From NCBI GenBank assembly GCA_036559745.1, contig DATBSO010000071.1:8331-72330 (forward strand): a DNA stretch of 64,000 bases. The letters run 5' to 3'. Made by a program: the position numbers and the translations under genes. The stretch comes from Gemmatimonadales bacterium. Its GTDB lineage: Bacteria; Gemmatimonadota; Gemmatimonadetes; Gemmatimonadales; GWC2-71-9. How positions within the stretch are numbered: position 1 is the first letter of the stretch; each line of letters starts with the position of its first letter. Under the pieces are notes generated by a model that ran no database searches, was not told the DNA's origin, and saw only the letters and a program-made list of their open reading frames with translations. Shown piece by piece: positions 33,978 to 43,096 of this stretch.

Positions 33978-35347
33978 TGCCAGGATGCGCGGAGCGAGTC
34001 CGCGCGGTAGAGCTGGCCGCGGACCATCACCTGTTCGATTGCCAGTGTGTTCTGTATGCGAGACATGGGATCACGTGTGAGCATGAGGAGGTCGGCCGCC
34101 TTGCCCGGCGCGATCAGACCCAGTGAGTCCACGCCGAGGAGCAGCGCACCGTTCCGGGTCGCGGCCAGGAGCGCGGCGCGCGGAGTCAGCCCGGCGGCGA
34201 CGAGAAGCTGCATCTCCAGGTGTTCGCTGTAGCCCGGAATCAGCAGCTGGTTCGCCGCGTCGGTGCCCGCGGCGATGTTGCCTCCGGCGGCGGCGAAGAG
34301 CCGGAGGAAGAGGTCCTGCATGGGTCGAGACCGGCGGAACGCCGCGAAATCGGTGTCGCGCCAGCCGGCGCGCCTGATCATGTCCGGCACGTTCCAGCGC
34401 TGCCGTTCCGCGTCGGGCACGGCGTGGAGCATGGAGTCCTGGAGCACGGTCGAGTCATCCAACCGGCTGAAGGTCTCGTGCAGGACCAGCGTGGGAATGA
34501 TCGCCACCTTCTTGGCGGCCAGCTCGCCGGCGACACGCGCGAGGGCGGAGGAATCGAGCGAGGCCCAGGATCTCTCGAATGCGGTCCATCCCGTGAAGAA
34601 CCCGCTGCGATGCGCGGCGTACAGCGCCGACGCATCGGGTACGGCGGATTCGGGTACGCCGCTCATGTGCTCGATCGAGGCGATCCCCAGCCCCGCGGCG
34701 GTCACGGCGTCGGTGAGACCGAGGTGGCCGGTGACCGGCAGATTGAATGTGGTGGCCTCGTCGAGCACCGCCCGAAGCAGAGTCGGGTCCACTCGGGTGT
34801 ACACCTTGATCAGGTCCACGCCGGCATTCACCAGCCGATCCACCTGCTTGCGGGCTTCTTTCCGGTTGTGCGCGGGAAGCGCGTCGCCGTACGTGGTGGG
34901 CACGCCGTCGATCATCGCGCCGGCGGTGTAGATCCGGGGGCCGGGCAGCGCGCCGGTGTTGACCTCTCGGCGAAGCGCGAGCATCGAGTCCAGCGTCCCG
35001 TGCACGTCCCGGATCGACGTGACCCCCCAGGCGAGGTAGCGCGGGAGCGACCACCGGGCAACGTGGGCGTGGGCGTCGATCAGGCCGGGAACGATCCAGC
35101 GCCCTGTGGCATCGACCTCGACCGTGCGGGAAGGGAGCGTGAAGTCGGCCCGCACGCCGACCGACTCGATGTGTCCGCGCCGGACCACGACGACGGCGTT
35201 GGGCAGCGGCGGACCCCCGGAGCCATCGATCAGCGTGGCCCCGACGAGCGCGGTTCCGTCCGGCGGCAGCTCGCGGCACGCCGAGGCGGTGCAGAGCGTG
35301 AGAAGCGCCCCACACGCGATCGCCGCACGGGAAAAGTGAATTGGCAT
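33974..35347 (-). CDS. secreted amidohydrolase-superfamily metallohydrolase
   Basis: The ATG at 35347 gives MPIHFSRAAIACGALLTLCTASAC (signal plus lipobox). Also present are ...GLIDAHAHV... (HxH metal motif) and ...DLLMLTRDP... near the C-terminus. Confidence 0.8.
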   Translation of the reverse strand: MPIHFSRAAIACGALLTLCTASACRELPPDGTALVGATLIDGSGGPPLPNAVVVVRRGHIESVGVRADFTLPSRTVEVDATGRWIVPGLIDAHAHVARWSLPRYLAWGVTSIRDVHGTLDSMLALRREVNTGALPGPRIYTAGAMIDGVPTTYGDALPAHNRKEARKQVDRLVNAGVDLIKVYTRVDPTLLRAVLDEATTFNLPVTGHLGLTDAVTAAGLGIASIEHMSGVPESAVPDASALYAAHRSGFFTGWTAFERSWASLDSSALARVAGELAAKKVAIIPTLVLHETFSRLDDSTVLQDSMLHAVPDAERQRWNVPDMIRRAGWRDTDFAAFRRSRPMQDLFLRLFAAAGGNIAAGTDAANQLLIPGYSEHLEMQLLVAAGLTPRAALLAATRNGALLLGVDSLGLIAPGKAADLLMLTRDPMSRIQNTLAIEQVMVRGQLYRADSLRASWQ

Positions 35348-35418
35348 GACGAGGGTCGAGAACAGGATGGTGGAAGTGAGCGTGGAACGGTGGGAGATGC
35401 AAGTTCCTCGGGGCGCGT

Positions 35419-35427
35419 TGTTATACT
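35419..35427 (+). promoter_or_regulatory. extended -10 element TGtTATACT ending 7 nt before the GH15 ATG (possible leaderless transcript)
   Basis: Read directly at 35419-35427. There is no SD between it and the ATG at 35434, and the -35 region is poor. Confidence 0.3.
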
Positions 35428-35433
35428 TGGGCC

Positions 35434-37281
35434 ATGACCGACCTTCGTGCGGACTCGGTGGCGGGGCCCATCGAGCGGGCTCCAGTGCGCACGCCACCGA
35501 TCTCGGACTACGGCGTCATCGGGGACATGCGGACCGCCGCGCTGGTCGGTCTCGACGGAGGTATCGACTGGTGCTGTCTTCCGCGTTTCGACAGCGGCAG
35601 CGTCTTCGCCGCGCTGCTCGACCGGGAGCGCGGCGGCACCTGGGCGATCCATCCCCGCGGCGAATGGACGTCCACTCAGCGCTACCTGCCGCGCACCAAC
35701 ATCCTCGAAACGACCTTCCGCACCGCGTCCGGCGTCGCCGTCGTCACGGATTTCATGCCGGTGGACGAGGACGGCCGCCCGTCCGGGCCCCATCCCGAGA
35801 TCCATCGGCAGATTCGCTGTAGCCGCGGGCGGGTGCCGATGCAGATGATCTTCATGCCGAGGTTCGAGTACGGTGCCCGGACCACCCGCCTGGAGTTGCT
35901 TCGCGCCGGCCTCTTCGCCACCGATCGAACCGACCAGGTGCTCACGCTGTCGAGCGCCCGCCCCTTCGAGTGGATCGTCGAACAGTCCTCCGCCGTCGCC
36001 GATTTCGACATCGAAAAGGGAGAGGAGCGCTGGTTGGTCCTCCGGTACGACGACGACGACATCCACCCGGTGGACCGCTACGAGAGCGCGCGGAAACTCG
36101 ACATCACGGCCGCATTCTGGGCGCGATGGGCGGCCGGCGTGCGCTACAGTGGCCCGTTCCGCGGCATCGTCAAGCGTTCAGCCCTTGCCCTCAAGCTGCT
36201 GACGCACGTCGAGACGGGCGCCATCATTGCGGCAGCGACCACCTCGCTGCCCGAGACCATCGGCGGCGGGCGAAACTGGGACTATCGCTTCGTCTGGCTG
36301 CGGGATGCGGCGTTTACCCTCGCCGCGCTCGACGCCGTCGGTCACTATCGCGAGGCCGACGCGTTCATGCGCTTCCTCAAGCGCGTCTGCCGTCACGAGG
36401 GCGGCGGTCACCTGCAGATCATGTACGGCATCGACGGCCGGCGAGACCTGGTCGAGCGCCAGCTCGATCACCTATCCGGCTACCTCGGCTCCCGGCCGGT
36501 CCGCGTCGGAAACGGGGCCGTCGGCCAGCTCCAACTGGACGTCTACGGCGAGGTGCTCGAAACCGCCGACATCTGGCGCCGGAACCACGAGATGACCGAG
36601 GGAACCTGGCGCGTGTTGCGCGGACTGGTGGACTGGGTGAGCGGCAACTGGCACCTCCCCGACTCCAGCATCTGGGAAGTGCGCGGGGAGACGCGACACT
36701 ACGTATTCAGCAAGGTGATGAGCTGGGTGGCGCTGGATCGCGGCGTCCGGATGGCCGAAGAGCTGGGACTCGAATCGAACACCGCGGCATGGAGCACCGC
36801 GCGCGACGCGCTGCACGCGGAGATCATGGAGAAGGGCTGGAGCGAGCGGCACCAATCGTTCGTGCAGGCCTACGGCGACGATGCTCTCGACGCCGCGGCG
36901 CTTGCCATCCCGATGGTTCGCTTCCTGCCCTGGACCCATCCCCGCTCCCAGAGCACGGTGCGCGCCATCGCGCGCGAGCTTACGAGCGCGGACGGTGAGC
37001 TGGTGTATCGCTACCGGCACCCCGACGGGCTCGAGGGAGAGGAGGGGGCCTTCTCGATCTGTACGTTCTGGCTGGCGCAAGGGCTGGCGATGATCGGCGA
37101 CCGGGATCGCGCGGACCGGGTGTTCCGCCGCATGCTGAAGCACGCCAACCACGTCGGGCTGTACTCCGAGGAGATCGACCCGCTCAACGGTCAGTTTCTG
37201 GGCAACTTCCCCCAGGCGTTCACCCACATCGCGCTGATCAACTGCGCGGCGGCTCTCGCCCGCACCGAATCCTCGAAATAG
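35434..37281 (+). CDS. glycoside hydrolase family 15 (glucoamylase/glucodextranase/trehalase-like)
   Basis: ISDYGVIGDMRTAALVGLDGGIDWCCLPRFDSGSVFAALLD and TTSLPETIGGGRNWDYRFVWLRDAAF are characteristic of GH15. Confidence 0.9.
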   Translation: MTDLRADSVAGPIERAPVRTPPISDYGVIGDMRTAALVGLDGGIDWCCLPRFDSGSVFAALLDRERGGTWAIHPRGEWTSTQRYLPRTNILETTFRTASGVAVVTDFMPVDEDGRPSGPHPEIHRQIRCSRGRVPMQMIFMPRFEYGARTTRLELLRAGLFATDRTDQVLTLSSARPFEWIVEQSSAVADFDIEKGEERWLVLRYDDDDIHPVDRYESARKLDITAAFWARWAAGVRYSGPFRGIVKRSALALKLLTHVETGAIIAAATTSLPETIGGGRNWDYRFVWLRDAAFTLAALDAVGHYREADAFMRFLKRVCRHEGGGHLQIMYGIDGRRDLVERQLDHLSGYLGSRPVRVGNGAVGQLQLDVYGEVLETADIWRRNHEMTEGTWRVLRGLVDWVSGNWHLPDSSIWEVRGETRHYVFSKVMSWVALDRGVRMAEELGLESNTAAWSTARDALHAEIMEKGWSERHQSFVQAYGDDALDAAALAIPMVRFLPWTHPRSQSTVRAIARELTSADGELVYRYRHPDGLEGEEGAFSICTFWLAQGLAMIGDRDRADRVFRRMLKHANHVGLYSEEIDPLNGQFLGNFPQAFTHIALINCAAALARTESSK

Positions 37282-37304
37282 CCCGACGACGAACTCTCTC
37301 CGTC

Positions 37305-37670
37305 CTACTTCCCCCGCTTCCTGGCGGACTTCTTCTTTGCCGGCCGGCGCGCGGACTTCTTCGCGGCCTTCTTGGCGGACTTCTTCCGGGCCGACTTCTT
37401 CGGGGGCTTCTTCCTCGCGGGCTTCTTCCTCGCGGGCTTCTTCTTGGCGGCCTTCCTGGCAGCCTTCTTCTTCGCGGGCGCGGCCTTCTTTTTCGCGGCC
37501 TTCTTTCGGGGCTTCGGCGCGGATTTGCTCTCGGAAGCCGGCCGCGCCTCTGCCGCTGGCGCCGCCGCGGGAGCCGGCGAGGGCGTCGGGACCGGCGGCC
37601 GCTCCATGGGGAGCGGATCCATCCACCCAGAGCCCGACCAGCCCATTTCCATATAATGAAGGTCCGCCAT
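37305..37670 (-). CDS. histone H1-like Lys/Ala/Pro-rich basic protein
   Basis: Of the three overlapping frames, this one has AAGGGAG 8 nt upstream of its ATG. It gives ...KPRKKAAKKKAAPAKKKAARKAAKKKPARKKPARKKPPKKSARKKSAKKAAKKSARRPAKKKSARKRGK. The DNA contains 15-nt tandem repeats. Confidence 0.65.
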   Translation of the reverse strand: MADLHYMEMGWSGSGWMDPLPMERPPVPTPSPAPAAAPAAEARPASESKSAPKPRKKAAKKKAAPAKKKAARKAAKKKPARKKPARKKPPKKSARKKSAKKAAKKSARRPAKKKSARKRGK

Positions 37671-37747
37671 CTAAGCACTCCCTTCCAACGCGTTTGCGGC
37701 GTGACCCGCCGTTGGTGATAGGGCGCGAAGGCGCCTGCGAAGGTACC

Positions 37748-37783
37748 GGGATATAACTTGCACATCTTCGAGTCTTGTGCAAG
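37748..37783 (+). promoter_or_regulatory. weak sigma54-like element CGGGATATAACTTGCA overlapping an 8-bp inverted repeat (CTTGCACA-N11-TGTGCAAG)
   Basis: GG at 37748-37749 and GC at 37760-37761 are at correct spacing. TTGCA is a perfect -12 element but the -24 element is poor. IR arms at 37757-37764 and 37776-37783. It lies about 180 nt upstream of the GTG at 37942. Confidence 0.3.
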
Positions 37784-37941
37784 GCTCGGCCATTCGCCCT
37801 CAAATGCGACCCGCTCCGGCCGTTGGGCCGGACGCCTAACGCGAACTGGCGTAATCGGTTCGGGGTCGTTGGTGCGACCGGAACATCTCGGCGCTATTAT
37901 TCGTCGGGTTTAATCACCCCCCTCCCTTCACCGGCGATACC

Positions 37942-40173
37942 GTGAGACCCTTCCGCATCGGATCGGACGGCGTGCTCCGCCATCCCTTACAGCGGGTCCT
38001 TTGCTTCCTGGCGCCGATCGCGGTCGCGTTGTCGGCCGTTCCGGCGCGCGCGCAGTCCGCCGCGGAGTTGCAGGTCACGCCCGAGACCATGACGCTGGGC
38101 GTCGGCCAAAAGCAGAGGATCTTTGCCGCGGCCTACGATCGCCAGGGCAACCTCATCTCCTCGGCGAAGTTCTTGTTCTGGAGCTCCGACACGCTCATCG
38201 CCAAGGTCGCGCCCGACGGCACCGTGATCGGTGTAAGCCCCGGACTCGCGAAGGTCGAGGCCCGGCTGCAGGCCCGCCGCGCATCACTCGCGGTTCTCAT
38301 TACAGGGACGCAACGTGGCGCCGAGTCGGGACAAGGCGGAGCGCCGCCCGGCTCGGTCCTCGCCCTCGACCCCGGCTCGCTGGTACTGCTGCCCGGCGAG
38401 ACCGTTGCCATCACGCCGCAGGGCCTACAGGACGACGGCTCGCCGGCCGCGACTGGCCGCGTCACATGGAAGTCGCTCAAGCCAGAAGTGGCGACGGTGG
38501 ACTCGAATGGCGTCGTCGTGGCCGTCGGGGCGGGCAAGAGCATCATCCAGGCGTCCACCTCGACGGGTCTCATGGCCACGGCTCCGGTGGACGTCGTCCC
38601 GGCCGAGGTCGCGTTGTCGGACGCACGCCTGGTGTTGGCTCCCGACGATATCGATACGCTTCGCCTCCGTGTTCCATCCCAGGGAAATCGTGAAGCCCGA
38701 GGAGCGGTCCGCTGGGCGTCGGCCGATACTAACGTGGCATCCATCGATAGCATGGGGGTCGTCACCGCCCGGAAGTCGGGTCAGACCGAGATCATCGCCG
38801 GTGGGTTCGGCCAGGAGCATCGCGCTCCTGTCCTGGTCCACCGGTTGCCGCAGTCGCTGGTCGTCTCCCCCCGTCAGACCGCCGGGGCCGTGCTCATACC
38901 ATTTCAGGGCACGCGCAAGTTCACCGCCGTGGCGGAGGCGGCGGACTCGACCCCGATCCCCGAAGCGCGGGTGACCTGGGAAGTCGGCGACACCACCGTC
39001 ATCGTCCGCGACTCGGCCAAGAGCACCATCACCGCGAGGGCCCCAGGCTCGAGCACCCTGAGCGCGCGTCTCCGTGGGTTCGAACCGATCGTCTGGACCA
39101 TTCAGGTCGTTCCCGGGATTCTGTCGCTCGATCGCCCGCGCGTGGGTCTCGCGCCGGGAGAGCACACCACGCTTGCCGCCCGCCTGCTCGATGACCAGGG
39201 CAAGACGGTCGGCCCGACGGGCCCGGCGGAATGGGTTAGTGAGAAGACGGCGGTGGCGACGGTGTCCGCTACCGGCGAGGTCGTCGCGGTCGCGCCGGGC
39301 AAGACGGTGGTGACGGTGTCGACGCCGTGGGGCGGAAAGGCAAGCGCCGAAGTCTTCGTGGTGTCCGATCTGCTCGTCACGTCGAGCCGCACCGGCACCC
39401 CGGGGATCTACCAGGTCAGAGCCAGTGGCCCCGATTCGCTTGTTCCGCTGCTGGTGGACAGCACGGCCAATATCCAGGCGGTCCTTTCGCCCGACCGTAC
39501 CCGCATCGCACTCAGCTCGAGCCGGGCGGGGAGCCCCGACATCTGGGTCGTAGACGCCGATGGCCGGAACCCTCATCGGCTCACCACCGATCCGGGCATC
39601 GAAGGCGAGCCGGCCTGGACCCCGGACGGCACCCGGCTTGTATACACCGCGACGTTCAAGGCCGGTCCCCCACAGCTCGCCACGATCAGGGTGGATGGCA
39701 CCGACAACCGCACCCTGACCGCGACCCCCACCGGCAACTACTCTGCGGAGGTCTCGCCCAAGGGGTCGTCCATCGCGTTCGTCTCTACCCGCGATGGGAA
39801 TCCCAGGATCTACACGATGGGGCTGGATGGAAGCGGACAACGTCGCCTGACCAAGGGGTCCGACAAAGAGGCCAGACCGCGGTTCCTTCCGAACGGCGAT
39901 CTGATCTACGCGTCGGAAAAGGGCGGGGGCAGCCGGATCCAGCGGCTGGCAGCGGGGTCGGATCAGACGAACACGGTCGTCGAGACCAACCAGACGGTCA
40001 TTACCTTCGACATCTCGAGAGATGGTGCACGCGTGGCCTATACCGCGGGGAAGCTTGCGCAACCGGGGAAGAAGAACCGGCTTGCGCTGCTGGTTCAGCC
40101 GCTCGCGGCTCGCAGCACACCGGTACCGGTGCCGCTGCGTCCCGGGGAACAGATTCTCAGCGTGTCGTTCTGA
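37942..40173 (+). CDS. secreted protein with several Big_2-type Ig-like domains and a C-terminal TolB-like (PD40) beta-propeller
   Basis: The signal is LCFLAPIAVALSAVPARAQS. The Big_2 pattern repeats (...A.V...G.V.gv..G.a.i.a...). The C-terminus has PD40-like repeats (SPDRTRIALSS..G.PDIWVVDADG, WTPDGTRLVY, SPKGSSIAFVSTRDGNPRIY). Confidence 0.8.
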   Translation: MRPFRIGSDGVLRHPLQRVLCFLAPIAVALSAVPARAQSAAELQVTPETMTLGVGQKQRIFAAAYDRQGNLISSAKFLFWSSDTLIAKVAPDGTVIGVSPGLAKVEARLQARRASLAVLITGTQRGAESGQGGAPPGSVLALDPGSLVLLPGETVAITPQGLQDDGSPAATGRVTWKSLKPEVATVDSNGVVVAVGAGKSIIQASTSTGLMATAPVDVVPAEVALSDARLVLAPDDIDTLRLRVPSQGNREARGAVRWASADTNVASIDSMGVVTARKSGQTEIIAGGFGQEHRAPVLVHRLPQSLVVSPRQTAGAVLIPFQGTRKFTAVAEAADSTPIPEARVTWEVGDTTVIVRDSAKSTITARAPGSSTLSARLRGFEPIVWTIQVVPGILSLDRPRVGLAPGEHTTLAARLLDDQGKTVGPTGPAEWVSEKTAVATVSATGEVVAVAPGKTVVTVSTPWGGKASAEVFVVSDLLVTSSRTGTPGIYQVRASGPDSLVPLLVDSTANIQAVLSPDRTRIALSSSRAGSPDIWVVDADGRNPHRLTTDPGIEGEPAWTPDGTRLVYTATFKAGPPQLATIRVDGTDNRTLTATPTGNYSAEVSPKGSSIAFVSTRDGNPRIYTMGLDGSGQRRLTKGSDKEARPRFLPNGDLIYASEKGGGSRIQRLAAGSDQTNTVVETNQTVITFDISRDGARVAYTAGKLAQPGKKNRLALLVQPLAARSTPVPVPLRPGEQILSVSF

Positions 40174-40180
40174 CGGGCCG

Positions 40181-41218
40181 ATGAAGGCGCTGGTGCTGAC
40201 CGGGATCGGCGGCCTGGACCACGTCGCCGTTGCCGATATTCCCGAGCCTCCGCCCCCCGGCCCCGGTGAAGCGCTGGTAGGCATTCACTCTGCGGCGCTC
40301 AACCGTCTCGATCTCTTCATTGCCGAGGGACTGAAGGGCATCACGCTCGAGCTTCCACACGTCATCGGCTCTGATGGCGCGGGTATAGTCGAGCAGGTGG
40401 GTTCCGACGTGTCCACCGTGCGCCCGGGCGACCGGGTCATGATCCATCCGGGGATTTCGTGCGGACGGTGTCCCGCCTGCACGAGCGGCGAGGACTCTCT
40501 TTGTTCCTCGTTCTGCGTCGTCGGAGAACACCGTAGCGGGACTGCCGCGGAATACATCGTGCTGCCGGCGCAGAATCTCGCGCCCGTGCCGCCGGCGATG
40601 CCGTGGGATCGGGCCGCCGCGTTCTCACTCGCGACCCTCACCGCCTGGAGAATGCTCACCACACGCGCGCGTCTGATCGCCGGCGAGACGGTCCTGATCT
40701 GGGGGATCGGTGGCGGCGTGGCGATGGCCGCGCTGCAGGTGGCCGTGCTCCTCGGCGCCCGTGCGATCGTCACCAGCGGCTCCGACGACAAGCTCGCGGT
40801 CGCCGCCCGTGAAGGCGCAACGGCGACGATCAATCACTCGGCGGCCGACGTGCCCGCCGAGGTGAAGCGTCTCACGGGCGGCCTCGGAGCCGACGTCGTG
40901 GTGGACAGCGTCGGCGAGCAGACCTGGCAGAAGTCGCAGCGCTCGTTGCGCCGTGGAGGCCGCTTGGTGGTCTGCGGGGCCACCAGCGGCCCACACGTCT
41001 CTATCGACCTGCGTCGGCTCTTCTGGCATCAGTGGAACCTCCTGGGCTCGACCTTGGGCAATCGCCGCGAGTACGCCGAGATCGTGCGCCTGGTGCATGA
41101 AGGGAAGCTCTGGCCGGTGGTAGACCGCTCGGTCCCGCTGGCCGACGGCCGATCGGCGGTCGAGCGGCTCCATCGGGGGGAACAGACGGGTAAACTCGTG
41201 ATCGAGGTGGCCTCGTGA
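40181..41218 (+). CDS. zinc-type alcohol dehydrogenase / quinone oxidoreductase family (MDR)
   Basis: From the ATG at 40181: MKALVLTGIGGLDHVAV..., then ...GSDGAGIV..., CGRCPACTSGEDSLC and GIGGGVAMAALQ. Confidence 0.85.
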   Translation: MKALVLTGIGGLDHVAVADIPEPPPPGPGEALVGIHSAALNRLDLFIAEGLKGITLELPHVIGSDGAGIVEQVGSDVSTVRPGDRVMIHPGISCGRCPACTSGEDSLCSSFCVVGEHRSGTAAEYIVLPAQNLAPVPPAMPWDRAAAFSLATLTAWRMLTTRARLIAGETVLIWGIGGGVAMAALQVAVLLGARAIVTSGSDDKLAVAAREGATATINHSAADVPAEVKRLTGGLGADVVVDSVGEQTWQKSQRSLRRGGRLVVCGATSGPHVSIDLRRLFWHQWNLLGSTLGNRREYAEIVRLVHEGKLWPVVDRSVPLADGRSAVERLHRGEQTGKLVIEVAS

Positions 41219-41940
41219 ACGAACTGTGGGAGCGGCTCCGCGTGGGCGCCCAGCAGATCGGCAGCGTGATGCCTGCGCTGCTCGGCGCCACGGTCATCCT
41301 GCTGACCGGATACTTCCTCGCCCGGCAGATCCAGCGCTGGGCCGACGACGTCCTGAAGCGACTCGACTTCAATCGGATGGCGGCGGCCGGCGGCCTCGAC
41401 GAAGTGGTGGGCCGCACCGGGTCTCGTCTCGACCCGGTCCGGGCGCTGGCCAAGCTGATCTTCTGGCTGGTCATGCTCGTCGTGATCCTGCTCGCCAGCA
41501 CCGCGCTCGGCCTCGAGAGCATCAATCAGATGTTCGGCACGATGCTCGGCTTCATCCCGACGCTGATCGCCGCCATCGTGATCGTGATTCTCGGCATGAT
41601 CGTCGGGGAGTTCGTTCGCGGGGTGATTCTTGCGTCGGCTGGGACCGTCGCGGGCGTGCCCACCCTCGCCAAGATGGCGAAGGGCGCGGTCGTGCTGGTG
41701 TCGATGTTCCTGGCGCTCGAGCAGGTGGGGGTCGCGGGCGAGATCATCACCGCCGCGTTTACTCTCGTCGTCGGGGCGGTGGCGCTGGCCTTCGGGCTCG
41801 CGTTCGGGCTCGGCAATCGCGAGCTGGCGGGTGAGATTACCCGGCGGTGGTTCGAGGAGGGTCGCCGGCGCGACCGGCGCCGGACCGATCATCCCGGTCC
41901 CAACACGCCCCCGGGTGACGAGCCGCCGATTCTCGACTGA
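41215..41940 (+). CDS. membrane protein with conserved-TM-helix repeats (mechanosensitive-channel-associated family, tentative)
   Basis: The GTG start overlaps the upstream stop (GTGA). Four to five TM helices are present, with repeated ...LAKLIFWLVMLVVIL... and ...LAKMAKGAVVLVSMFLALEQVG... patterns. Confidence 0.55.
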   Translation: MNELWERLRVGAQQIGSVMPALLGATVILLTGYFLARQIQRWADDVLKRLDFNRMAAAGGLDEVVGRTGSRLDPVRALAKLIFWLVMLVVILLASTALGLESINQMFGTMLGFIPTLIAAIVIVILGMIVGEFVRGVILASAGTVAGVPTLAKMAKGAVVLVSMFLALEQVGVAGEIITAAFTLVVGAVALAFGLAFGLGNRELAGEITRRWFEEGRRRDRRRTDHPGPNTPPGDEPPILD

Positions 41941-41949
41941 TGGCCTGCT

Positions 41950-43053
41950 TCATACCTTGAAGCGGCCCACGCTCCGAAGTCCGTTGGCTTCTTTGATTGT
42001 GGCGTAGAGCGCGCCGCCCTTCCCGAACCCGGCCAAGGTCGCTCCGGCGGGGAACGTCACTTCACGCAGCCACCCGCCACTTCTGTTGACCACGTCGTAC
42101 ACCAGTGGCGATCCCTCTTGCGCGCGCGGCCGCTGCAGCCAGATATCGCCGTTCGGGCTCGCCAGCGCGAAATCAAAGGGAGGCTTGGTCTCCGCGAACG
42201 GATACTCGATCTTGAGCTCCTGCGGCATGCCGTGCTCCTTGCCCCGCTCCCGCACCTGCGCCAGCACCCGCTCGCGGTCGGCCTGGGTGACTGGAACCTT
42301 CGTGTAGTCGCGACTCTTCCCCTGCATCCACTTCCCATCCGCGGCGCGCCAGTCCACCCGGTTCTCGTTGCCCCGCGCCACCCACGCTGTCCCGTCCAGG
42401 AGCACTCCGAAAAAATCGTTCGGTGAGAAGACCTTGACCGCCTCCTGTGACTGCTCGCCGAACGTGGCGCTGCCGTACTCGGGTGCACGCAGGTGCGCCA
42501 CGGTGTCCACCTTCCCCGCCTTGAGCCCGATGCGGAGAACCGGGATGCTGTCGGGGTGGAAGACCCTGCCGATCTCTCCGCCGCCGATCACTGCCTTGTA
42601 ATCGATCTTGTAGCCGTTCCCCACCGTGTCGTAGACCAGGACGGGTTCCGGTCCTGCGGCCTTCACAGTCGTGACAACGGAGATCGGCTCTCCCTTCTCG
42701 CTCCAGAGCGTGGTACGCTGGGCTGCGAAGTCCACCAGCGCGATCGTGTCGCCTGCCAGGTGAGCCACCCAGCCGGGGAACTTGTACTGCCCCGCCGGCG
42801 CGCTCGCCGGGAGGCTGTCTACCCGCGAGCCGAGTGTGTCGGTCTTGCCGCTGGCGAGATCCGCGGTGATGAAGAGCTTGTTGCGGGTATCGGCGAACGC
42901 GATCCTGCCGTCGCCCAGCTCGACGACGTTGCTGATCTGGCCGAACGTCACCGGGAGCTTCCGTTCGAGCTTCACGCCCCCCTGGCTCTCCGCGGCCTTG
43001 CAGGCGAATGCGGCAAGCACCACGAGCACCGACATGGCAGGGACAAGCCTCAT
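41950..43053 (-). CDS. hypothetical secreted protein, tandem paralog A
   Basis: The ATG at 43053 gives MRLVPAMSVLVVLAAFACKAAES. It shares ENRVDWR..DGKW, KPPFDF and GDIWLQ motifs with 43097-44173. Confidence 0.6.
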   Translation of the reverse strand: MRLVPAMSVLVVLAAFACKAAESQGGVKLERKLPVTFGQISNVVELGDGRIAFADTRNKLFITADLASGKTDTLGSRVDSLPASAPAGQYKFPGWVAHLAGDTIALVDFAAQRTTLWSEKGEPISVVTTVKAAGPEPVLVYDTVGNGYKIDYKAVIGGGEIGRVFHPDSIPVLRIGLKAGKVDTVAHLRAPEYGSATFGEQSQEAVKVFSPNDFFGVLLDGTAWVARGNENRVDWRAADGKWMQGKSRDYTKVPVTQADRERVLAQVRERGKEHGMPQELKIEYPFAETKPPFDFALASPNGDIWLQRPRAQEGSPLVYDVVNRSGGWLREVTFPAGATLAGFGKGGALYATIKEANGLRSVGRFKV

Positions 43054-43096
43054 GCGATCATTCCTCCAAAGGTCGAGCAGTGTCGGACGCCGCACG

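Noticed and set aside
36472-37803. 443-aa minus-strand ORF, plus the 175-aa ORF 37238-37765
   Set aside because: Most of the first ORF is antisense to the GH15 gene. Over the repeat region these two are the alternative frames (Glu/Arg-rich and Arg/Pro-rich) of the histone-like gene. Only the 37305-37670 frame has an SD-ATG and a known protein-like (AKKP) composition.
38425-40284. 619-aa minus-strand ORF
   Set aside because: It is antisense to the Big_2/TolB-like gene and shows no motifs.
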